Shown: positions 1 to 6,732 of the stretch, one piece after another | Layout: each line of letters opens with the position of its first letter | How positions within the stretch are numbered: the stretch's first letter is position 1 | Source of the DNA: Verrucomicrobiota bacterium | GTDB lineage: Bacteria; Verrucomicrobiota; Verrucomicrobiia; Opitutales; Opitutaceae | Assembly: GCA_023426435.1 (NCBI GenBank) | Contig: JAFAAS010000018.1 | Coordinates: forward strand, 3,490-67,489 | DNA length: 64,000 bases | Direction: 5' to 3' | Notes under the pieces: model-generated | The model's input: only the letters and a program-made list of their open reading frames with translations | Told to the model about the DNA's origin: nothing | Database searches by the model: none | Made by a program: the position numbers and the translations under genes

Positions 1-2
1 TG

Positions 3-299
3 CGGAGCGCCGATGGATCGTTTTCTGAGACGAAGATTGCCACGCTCTTCGGAGTCGAGATCTCGGCATTGAAGGGCTGGCACAGGGAAGCTGCATCCTT
101 TCACGACACCTTGAAAGCGCTCGCCGGGATTGCGGTTTGGCGCATCGCCACCGGCGGAGACGCAGAGATGTTCAGATTATGGCTGCGCACCCCCCATTGT
201 ATGTTAGAGAACAAATCGCCGGGATATTGGATCGAGCGCGGCCGCGCTGCGGTGATCGCGGACTTCGTCGCAGACGCTCTCGGCGGCAGCCCGAGCTGA
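3..299 (+). CDS. Xre-type HTH / DUF2384 antitoxin-like protein, 5' end outside the window
   Basis: The frame is open from base 3, and the track start at 69 is an internal TTG. ETKIATLFGVEISALKGW looks like an HTH. It is followed by FRLWLRTPHCMLENKSPGYWIERGRAAVIADFVADALGG, which matches the WL..P...L.g.sP signature of DUF2384 (ParS/MbcA-type antitoxin C-terminal domain). Confidence 0.6.
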   Translation, partial: RSADGSFSETKIATLFGVEISALKGWHREAASFHDTLKALAGIAVWRIATGGDAEMFRLWLRTPHCMLENKSPGYWIERGRAAVIADFVADALGGSPS

Positions 300-307
300 C
301 TCGCAAA

Positions 308-502
308 ATGAACGACTCACTCGAAGAAATCCGCAAATTGCTGCGCGAAGTTTTCACGACGCCGGCAGCAGTCGAAACTTGGCTCGACACCCCCGACCGC
401 CGCTTCGCTGGTCGCACGCCGCGCGAAGAACTCTCGACGCCGGGCGGCGCTGCACGCGTGCGCGCGCTCGTGCTAGCCGCGATACACGGCATCCCGCCGT
501 AA
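308..502 (+). CDS. Small stand-alone DUF2384-like protein (64 aa)
   Basis: An ATG at 308 lies inside the 137..502 ORF, 9 nt after the preceding stop. The product is MNDSLEEIRKLLREVFTTPAAVETWLDTPDRRFAGRTPREELSTPGGAARVRALVLAAIHGIPP. It repeats the WL.tP...f.GrtP.e.l....G...v...L pattern of DUF2384. Confidence 0.5.
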   Translation: MNDSLEEIRKLLREVFTTPAAVETWLDTPDRRFAGRTPREELSTPGGAARVRALVLAAIHGIPP

Positions 503-585
503 CGCCCGGCACCTCCGGCAGCCCGCCTCCCCTCGGCACCCCCGCACCCCGGCGTCCACAGCGCCCGCGGCGGCATCGCTCATCG

Positions 586-615
586 CGCTTTTTAGCGTCA
601 CGCTTTTTAGCGTCG
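586..615. repeat. Two tandem 15-nt copies, CGCTTTTTAGCGTCA and CGCTTTTTAGCGTCG, each an ACGCT-TTTT-AGCGT palindrome
   Basis: Read directly in the 204-bp gap between the DUF2384 genes and the 706 start. Confidence 0.85.
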
Positions 616-625
616 CCCTTGTCCT

Positions 626-652
626 GCGCGCGCGAGCGCGAGCGCGAGCGCG
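626..652. repeat. (GCGCGA)n microsatellite-like tract, 3 full units plus partial flanks
   Basis: Read directly as gcgcgcgcgagcgcgagcgcgagcgcg, about 55 bp upstream of the 706 ATG. Confidence 0.85.
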
Positions 653-705
653 GAGGGAGGGGGGCTCAGAGGCGGAATCGCGACGCGTTGTTATCGACGT
701 GTGCT

Positions 706-1830
706 ATGAATACTACTCAGCACGCGCAACAACACATCGTCGATCCAGCTCTCATTCCCGAAGAAGACAAAATCCCGCTCGGGCCCGTCGAGCACGGCGA
801 GCTTAGTCACGGAGACTGGAATGCTGGCGGGACAAAACGTTTTTGGGGCATGCGAAAGGGACGCCCGTATTTTGTTACGACTGAGAAATTTGCGGAATTA
901 ACCGCGCGCAAAAACGAAGACGAAGCGCGTCGTCGCGAAGAGCTTAAGGGCACGCTTCGTGGCGAGGCGCTGACTATGTTGTATCAAGCGCGTTCGCGCA
1001 GTCGCGACGAAGAGAACGGTATCTGCACGCTGACTGTAGAAGATATCGAACGCAAAATCATCGAGACGTGCGGCATTTGCCCGATCTTAAAGATTGCTTT
1101 TCAGAAACATACGAAATTCGCGATGTCGATCGATCGTGTGATCCCTGAATTGAAATATATCGCAGGGAACATTCGCATTATTGCCTTGATTTGCAACGAG
1201 TTGAAGGGCGCTGGAACGGACCCTGAGGTGCTCCGGAAACTTGGGCGATGGAAACTGTTTCTGGAAGCGCAGAACGCTGCTGATGCTGTGCAAGACGACG
1301 AGTCGTTTTTCGCGGCAAAAGTGAGCGATCACGTCGATGCGATCGCCGGCTTGCGGAGCGGAAAACCGCTCGTGCAATCGACGCACAAACCGAACCGTCG
1401 GTTCGGGCCGGAAGCATATGCTAAACGTTTGCTCGATAGCGCGTTGAAAAAGTTCAGCGCCGCGCCGAGCGGCGATGCGCTCACGATCGCCGACGTTCTC
1501 GATCTGCTCGCGCGCGCGGGCGGCCGCTGCCCTGTGACCGGCGTCCGGTTCGCTCGATCGAACGGCGTCGCTGGCACTGATCCGCGCGACCGCGCGGTTT
1601 TGCATGTTATCGTTGCATCCCGCGGTCTCGTTCGCGGCAACGTGCGCATCGTGAGCATTCGCGCATCTGAATACGCGCACAACGTGCTCACGTCTGCGCA
1701 AATTTTTGCGACAGCGGATTACATCGCGAGCAATCAGATCGAAGTGCGCGAGCATTACACGCAGCTCGCGCAGCAGAAGCCTGCTGCGGTCGAACAACCC
1801 GCAGCGGCGACGACGGAGGTCGCGCTATGA
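706..1830 (+). CDS. Protein with two tandem degenerate HNH-like (SIDR-type, phage HNH endonuclease-like) modules
   Basis: An ATG at 706 (MNTTQHAQQ) is preferred over the Arg/Pro-rich extension from 379. Module 1 is TLTVEDIERKIIETCGICPILKIAF...SIDRVIPELKYIAGNIRIIALICNELKG. Module 2 is ALTIADVLDLLARAGGRCPVTGVRF...VLHVIVASRGLVRGNVRIVSIRASE. Both follow the phage pattern CP..G..f...s.DRid...GY..gNv.viS..aN..K, with the catalytic His replaced. Confidence 0.6.
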   Translation: MNTTQHAQQHIVDPALIPEEDKIPLGPVEHGELSHGDWNAGGTKRFWGMRKGRPYFVTTEKFAELTARKNEDEARRREELKGTLRGEALTMLYQARSRSRDEENGICTLTVEDIERKIIETCGICPILKIAFQKHTKFAMSIDRVIPELKYIAGNIRIIALICNELKGAGTDPEVLRKLGRWKLFLEAQNAADAVQDDESFFAAKVSDHVDAIAGLRSGKPLVQSTHKPNRRFGPEAYAKRLLDSALKKFSAAPSGDALTIADVLDLLARAGGRCPVTGVRFARSNGVAGTDPRDRAVLHVIVASRGLVRGNVRIVSIRASEYAHNVLTSAQIFATADYIASNQIEVREHYTQLAQQKPAAVEQPAAATTEVAL

Positions 1831-2432
1831 GCTCCGATTTCGCGCCGCTCTCGCTGCTCAAGCACGCGTCTGAATGTCGCTCGTTTTTGCCTACGATCGT
1901 CGTCGATTCTCGCGAGCAAACGCCGCTCATTTTTTCACGCCTCGCTGCGCGATACCTGCGCGGCGAAGAGGGCGAAGGGCTCACGAGCGGAGACTACTCA
2001 ATTTCCGGACTCGAAGATCAGTTCGCAATCGAACGCAAATCTGTCGCTGATCTCGTCGCGTCTGTCACCCGCGAACGCGACCGCTTCTCCCGCGAACTGC
2101 ATCGACTTCGCGGCTACCGTTTCGCGCGCGTTGTCGTCACGGGAACTCGTGCGCAAATCGCAGCAGGGGAATATCGTTCGCGCGCAAATCCAGTCGCAGT
2201 GTTGCACAGCATTTCAGCCCTCGAGGCGCGCTACGGTATCCCGTTCGTGTTCGCCGGCGACGAGCATCGCGCCGCCGGCGCGATCGAGGGATGGGCTTAC
2301 TGGTTCGCTCGCGCGATCGTCGACGAGACGAACGACTTGATCCGCGGCATCCGCGCAACCGCCGCCGCCCCGGCCCCCTCCGAGCCCCCCGCGCCCGGGG
2401 CGGCGAACGGCGCTAGTGTTATTGCTGCGTGA
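1827..2432 (+). CDS. ERCC4-domain (XPF/Mus81-type) nuclease
   Basis: Contains VVDSREQ, GDYSI and IERKSVADLVASV, the ERCC4 nuclease signature (D.RE ... GDY ... ERK..DL..S). Its ATG overlaps the upstream stop as ATGA at 1827-1830. Confidence 0.8.
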   Translation: MSSDFAPLSLLKHASECRSFLPTIVVDSREQTPLIFSRLAARYLRGEEGEGLTSGDYSISGLEDQFAIERKSVADLVASVTRERDRFSRELHRLRGYRFARVVVTGTRAQIAAGEYRSRANPVAVLHSISALEARYGIPFVFAGDEHRAAGAIEGWAYWFARAIVDETNDLIRGIRATAAAPAPSEPPAPGAANGASVIAA

Positions 2433-2433
2433 A

Positions 2434-3318
2434 ATGAATTCGACTACGCAATCAACACCTACGATCTCTCCGGAAGCCATCGCCGCGGCCCGCGCTGCGA
2501 TTCTCGCCGAATTCGGCAACGACGTCACGTTCCGCATGTCGCACCTGCCCCCGGTCGTGCACCACGCCGCTCCTTCTCCCGCACCGGCACCGGCGCCTGC
2601 GGCAGCACCGGCAGCCCCGGTTCCGGCGGCAGCACCGGTAGCCAGCGTTCCGGTTCCCGCTGCTCCGGCACCGGTTCCGGTTCCGGGCGCGCAAGCCGGC
2701 GGCGACGAGCCGTATCGCTTGCCTTATCTCGTCGTCGTTCGTGGCAATGGCGAAGCGGTGAAGCGCCACCCGCGCTCGATGGGCTGCCTCGAGTATGACA
2801 AGCGCACGATTCTTGAAAAATGCTTAATGATACCCTTCGGTTTCAGGCGCTACTACGAAGAGTGCCGCCGCGGTGGCCGCCCGGTGCATTATCGCGACAA
2901 AAAACGCTGGTCGTGCTTCGCAGACGCATCGATTGAAGGCTACAACACGTTTTCGCGCGATCGGAATGCTGCGAATCTCGTCGATCCCGTCGGCGTCTTG
3001 GAATGCCTCGTTTCCGGGCCGCCGAGCGACGTCAGCGGGGATTTTTGGCTCGAGGTCGGCGATGCGCGCTATGCGCCGGCGCAAGTGCCGATGCGGCACG
3101 GGGAATACCGGCTGGTTTTCGACAAATTGCGCTCTGCTGGCGTGCGCGACGAAATCACCGGAATCCCGGTTTATTCGCGTATTCACGAGCTTGTGACAGC
3201 TGGGGACAAATTTGAGATCACGGCGAAACCCATCGCGCTAACGACAGATGCTGAACGCGAGCGAATCCGCAGTGCGATGACAGCGCTGTTGGGCGCGCGT
3301 TTTAAAAGCGGCCTCTGA
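2434..3318 (+). CDS. Hypothetical protein with an Ala/Pro-rich linker and an unrecognised C-terminal domain
   Basis: The ATG at 2434 lies 1 nt after the ERCC4 stop. A long PAPAPAPAAAPAAPVPAAAPVA linker (about 2570-2690) precedes a roughly 200-aa Cys- and Arg-containing domain with no motif I recognise. Composition is coding-like. Confidence 0.55.
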   Translation: MNSTTQSTPTISPEAIAAARAAILAEFGNDVTFRMSHLPPVVHHAAPSPAPAPAPAAAPAAPVPAAAPVASVPVPAAPAPVPVPGAQAGGDEPYRLPYLVVVRGNGEAVKRHPRSMGCLEYDKRTILEKCLMIPFGFRRYYEECRRGGRPVHYRDKKRWSCFADASIEGYNTFSRDRNAANLVDPVGVLECLVSGPPSDVSGDFWLEVGDARYAPAQVPMRHGEYRLVFDKLRSAGVRDEITGIPVYSRIHELVTAGDKFEITAKPIALTTDAERERIRSAMTALLGARFKSGL

Positions 3319-3367
3319 GCGGCACCGGCGGCGAAACGTTGACGCGCGGTAGTGTTAGTAAGAAGCG

Positions 3368-3757
3368 ATGAATACACCTACCGCGCCTGCTCCTTCTCGC
3401 TTCGCCTCAGCCATTTTCGGCAAACACGACGAAATGCAATGCATCTGGTCGCTCTGGTGGCTCTCTGTCGCCGCGCAGTCGCTCGATTTGCTGACGACGT
3501 GCAGCAATATCGCAATCGGCATGTCTGAAGCTAACCCTGTGTCCGCCGGCATCCTCGCCGCCCGCGGCGACATCGGATTCGCAGCGGCAAAGGTCGCAGT
3601 ATGCGCATTCGTCGCGTTTCTCGTTGTCTGCGTGCAACGCGGAGACGATCACAAAAAAGCGAGGGCGGCTCTCGCAATCGCGGTGTGCGTTGCGCTCACA
3701 ATGAGCGCGGTTTTCTGGAACGTCGCTGTCGCGTGTTACGCGCTGCTCGACGCTTGA
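3368..3757 (+). CDS. Small integral membrane protein, DUF5658-like
   Basis: Has 3-4 hydrophobic helices and the SEANPV motif (E.NP) typical of DUF5658. Confidence 0.5.
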   Translation: MNTPTAPAPSRFASAIFGKHDEMQCIWSLWWLSVAAQSLDLLTTCSNIAIGMSEANPVSAGILAARGDIGFAAAKVAVCAFVAFLVVCVQRGDDHKKARAALAIAVCVALTMSAVFWNVAVACYALLDA

Positions 3758-3803
3758 GGCGCAGCCGAAAAATCGATCGGTCGCGGTGTTGTTATCTGTC
3801 GAG

Positions 3804-4019
3804 ATGTCGCACTCAGCACTGACATCTGCCAGCAACTCGAATCGACTGCTCACTTCTAGCGAAGTAATGCAGCGACTCGGCTACAAATGCCGCAAAGCGT
3901 TTTGGCATCTCGTCTACTCACAAGGACTACCATGCGTGAGGCTTAACGCTCGTGTCATACGTTTCGCGCCTTCTGCAGTCGAAGCGTGGCTATGTCAGCG
4001 TAGCAGCGACGCGAATTAA
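3804..4019 (+). CDS. AlpA/excisionase-type HTH DNA-binding protein
   Basis: LLTSSEVMQRLGY...LPCVRLNARVIRFAPSAVEAWL matches the Phage_AlpA / MerR-like excisionase pattern. It is adjacent to and convergent with the integrase. The ATG at 3804 is preferred over the GTG at 3786. Confidence 0.65.
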   Translation: MSHSALTSASNSNRLLTSSEVMQRLGYKCRKAFWHLVYSQGLPCVRLNARVIRFAPSAVEAWLCQRSSDAN

Positions 4020-5488
4020 TCAGATGCGTCTGGCGTGAAGCTCGCAGGCGCAAGGTTCGCGAGCGCAATCATCGGATCCGCTGCTGCGATCTTCGCAGCT
4101 TTCGCCGCTTTCGCTGCCCGCGCTTTCGCGAGGTTTGCCGCGATCGCAGCCAGTTTTTTCGGCGATGCGCTTTTCCCGCCTGCGGCGCCGTTTTCGGCAG
4201 CGGTCTTTTGGGTGAGACGCTCGTAGTGCGTCCGGCAATACTCGGGCGTAAGCTGATACCATTCGAGCGCTTGAGCGTGATCGACTTCTGCGCGGTAGTG
4301 TCTGTGAATTTTAGCGACCGAAGTGCCTGCATCTGCCGCGATCGCATCGATCTTCTTTTCGATCTGCATGCGGTAGCTGATGTAACTGTGCCTGAAGCAA
4401 TTTTCGGGCAGCTTTAATCCAAGATTTTGCCCGATGGCTCGGATACGATCGAGCGCGTGCCTCTCGCAAATACATCCCTTTCGCTGCTCCTCCGGCACGG
4501 TCGCGAGCCATGCAGCAACCCATGGTAGAATTGGCACCTTTCGGCGCGACGGTGTGTTTATTTTCGCAGCTGTGACTCGCAAAAACGGAGACTCTGATTT
4601 GTCGGCTGGCTCGAGATGGATGTCGGACCAAAGCTGACGCAGTTGCTTGCGCGTCTTTTCGCCGCTCTGCGAATTGAGCTTCTTTTTCCCGCTACGTTTG
4701 CCGTGAATTTCATCACTGCGAACTCCTAAAGCGGCAACCGCAAGCGGAGCGACGTAATGCGGGTGATAGTCGCGCAAATACATCAGCAGCTGCCCGAGCG
4801 CTTTGGGCGTGCATACGCCCGGCGGCGAAGGATCCTCGCGAGCGCGATCAACACGCGAAATCGCGGTCACCTTTTCCGCCGGCAGATACTCTTTTCGGAG
4901 CGCCCAGTTCCAGAGTGCTGTCGCTTTTTTTCGCAGATCGTTGCGCGTCACGCCGTTGGCCCAGCGTTGAAAAAATATCTCTAACTCAGCTGGGCTGATC
5001 GTATCCAGAAACCGGCTACGGAATGCAGTCGGATCGTCTTTCTTCGCGAGCGGCGAGAGCTTTGCTCGATAGGTCCTCTCGTATTGCAACCCACGCGATT
5101 CTCCCGCCGCGATGAACTCGTCGATCGCGTCTTCGATTTTGATGCGATTGAACCCGAGCAGTTGCTTCTGCTCGTCCTTCGCCGCGCGCCACTCCCGCAA
5201 TGCAATTAGGGGTGTGGCATCGTTGCCGACGAGCTTGCGCAGCAGCAGGAGCTCGTCGCGGTCCTCTTTCGTCATTTGCGCAGATTGCACCTCGCCGACC
5301 GCTAACTTGCTCATGTGCAGATCGAGCGCGTCGCGCACTTTTTGAAGCTGCGTCGATTGCTTGATCGTCTTGCCGCCGCAAACTGCTTTGAACACGTAGC
5401 CGCTTGCACTCTCAGCGTGAACGAAACGGAAGATCGTTCCAGCGATCGGACCTTTCTTAACGTGAAGCGGAAATTCAGGTTTAGGCAT
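4016..5488 (-). CDS. Tyrosine site-specific recombinase (phage integrase family)
   Basis: Has the C-terminal catalytic region ...NCFRHSYISYRMQ... and ...GTSVAKIHRHYRA (R..H..R / HxxR...Y motifs), an N-terminal SAM-like/arm region, and an unusual Ala/Lys-rich tail (AKARAAKAAKAAKIAA). Confidence 0.9.
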   Translation of the reverse strand: MPKPEFPLHVKKGPIAGTIFRFVHAESASGYVFKAVCGGKTIKQSTQLQKVRDALDLHMSKLAVGEVQSAQMTKEDRDELLLLRKLVGNDATPLIALREWRAAKDEQKQLLGFNRIKIEDAIDEFIAAGESRGLQYERTYRAKLSPLAKKDDPTAFRSRFLDTISPAELEIFFQRWANGVTRNDLRKKATALWNWALRKEYLPAEKVTAISRVDRAREDPSPPGVCTPKALGQLLMYLRDYHPHYVAPLAVAALGVRSDEIHGKRSGKKKLNSQSGEKTRKQLRQLWSDIHLEPADKSESPFLRVTAAKINTPSRRKVPILPWVAAWLATVPEEQRKGCICERHALDRIRAIGQNLGLKLPENCFRHSYISYRMQIEKKIDAIAADAGTSVAKIHRHYRAEVDHAQALEWYQLTPEYCRTHYERLTQKTAAENGAAGGKSASPKKLAAIAANLAKARAAKAAKAAKIAAADPMIALANLAPASFTPDASD

Positions 5489-5864
5489 TGTTGAAGCGGG
5501 CCAGGTCAGCCTATCCAGAGATAACTAAGAATTTCTAAGAAGAACAGCGACTAATTCACACCTACAAGTCCCTTCTTTCCGTTGGTTTCTTGCAGAACCT
5601 AGTTGGCGGAAAGCCTTCGCATCTATCGTTCCGGTCGCGGTTTACGTCGTAGTTTGCCCGAGCGCGCAAAGCGCAGCTTAATTCCCCGTGAGGGCGCCAA
5701 CTCAACCTCTTCTCAGAGGTCAACATCGTCGGAATCCTCCGCGATCGTCGGCGCCCGGCGAACAACGACACAGCGCCCCGCCACGCTCCCGCCCACGGGG
5801 CCGTTCAACCCCATGAATTTCCCGCTGTTCGTCATTCCCGCACACGCCGTTTCCGTTGCGAAGA

Positions 5865-6719
5865 ATGAAGCCTCCCCACCCCGCTTTCCGTCTCGCGATC
5901 GCGATTTCCTGTCTCGCCGCCATCTCGATCCCCGCTGCCCATTCGAGTGAAGCCGCCGCTGAGACGCTGCGCGCCGGCAGCACGCTGATCGCCACCTCCG
6001 TCTATACACCCGAGGAAGATCAGTCGTTGCTCGAAGCCTTCGCCGATCTCCGCGTGTCCGATGTCAGCGACGGCATGGACGTCGCCGGCCTGAAAAACGT
6101 CGGTCTCGTCGATCCCGCCATCGCTCCACTCTGGCGCGACACCAAGAATTTCAAACATCGCGTCGTTGGCATCGCCGTCACCGCTCGCTACGTGCCCACT
6201 CAGCAGCCCCCCGCACCCGAAGGCGCCGCCCAACAGTTCAACCCGTGGATGGTGAACTGGTATCGCACACGCTCCTCCGAAGCGTTCCAGAAAGTCCTGC
6301 GTCCGGGCTCGGTCCTGGTGATCGAGGACGCCGCCGACGCCGACGTCGGCTCGATCGGCTCCAACAACATCATGTCCTGGCAACTCGCCGGCTGCGTGGG
6401 CGTCGTCACCAACGGCGGCGCGCGCGACACCGACGAGATCATCGCCCAGGAGGTCCCGCTCTACTACCGCCAGCCCGCCCGCGGCATCCGGCCAGGCCGC
6501 AACGATCTCGAATCCGTCAATCGACCCGTCGTCATCGGCGGCGTGCTCGTCAACCCCGGCGATGTCGTCGTCGCCGACGGCGATGGCGTGGTCGTCGTCC
6601 CCCGCGCCAAGGCCCAACTGGTCGCCGACTACGCGCGCTACACGCTCAACTGGGACAAGAACTCGCGCAAAAAACTCTACGAGCGCGCCGGGCGCCCCGC
6701 CGACGCATCCGTAAAATAA
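5865..6719 (+). CDS. RraA-family (RraA / HMG-aldolase fold) protein with an N-terminal signal peptide
   Basis: Contains ...DVSDGMDVAG..., VLVIEDAADADVGSIGSNNIMSWQLAGCVGVVTNGGARDTDEI and GDVVVADGDGVVVVP, the RraA/demethylmenaquinone-methyltransferase-like signature. The N-terminus MKPPHPAFRLAIAISCLAAISIPAAHS is signal-peptide-like. Confidence 0.75.
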   Translation: MKPPHPAFRLAIAISCLAAISIPAAHSSEAAAETLRAGSTLIATSVYTPEEDQSLLEAFADLRVSDVSDGMDVAGLKNVGLVDPAIAPLWRDTKNFKHRVVGIAVTARYVPTQQPPAPEGAAQQFNPWMVNWYRTRSSEAFQKVLRPGSVLVIEDAADADVGSIGSNNIMSWQLAGCVGVVTNGGARDTDEIIAQEVPLYYRQPARGIRPGRNDLESVNRPVVIGGVLVNPGDVVVADGDGVVVVPRAKAQLVADYARYTLNWDKNSRKKLYERAGRPADASVK

Positions 6720-6732
6720 CTACACCTTCGCA

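Larger units (their letters stand above)
1..5600. mobile_element. Right-hand part of an integrative element (int/xis plus cargo); the left end is outside the window
   Basis: Integrase and excisionase are present. All cargo genes lie on one strand. Composition is more AT-rich than the rest of the window (for example 841-900 is 27/60 GC by count). An AT-rich tract at 5489-5600 adjoins the int start. The right boundary is approximate. Confidence 0.6.

Noticed and set aside
586-652. Tandem repeats considered as a mini CRISPR array
   Set aside because: There are only two adjacent 15-nt copies with no spacers, plus a hexanucleotide microsatellite. No cas genes are present.
379-705. An N-terminal extension of the 379..1830 ORF, and the ORF 137..502 starting at 137
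   Set aside because: The extensions are Arg/Pro-rich, overlap the DUF2384 gene in another frame and span the repeat-filled intergenic region. The internal ATGs at 706 and 308 give compact, sensible proteins.
5489-5860. A possible tRNA or tmRNA attachment site next to the integrase. This included the hairpin ACCTCT-TCTC-AGAGGT at about 5703-5720 and GGGG-CCGTTCAA-CCCC at about 5796-5811.
   Set aside because: No acceptor stem with a CCA-compatible end could be paired. The hairpin loops have the wrong size (4 nt rather than 7). No GTTCGAATC-type T-loop is present. I therefore make no tRNA call.
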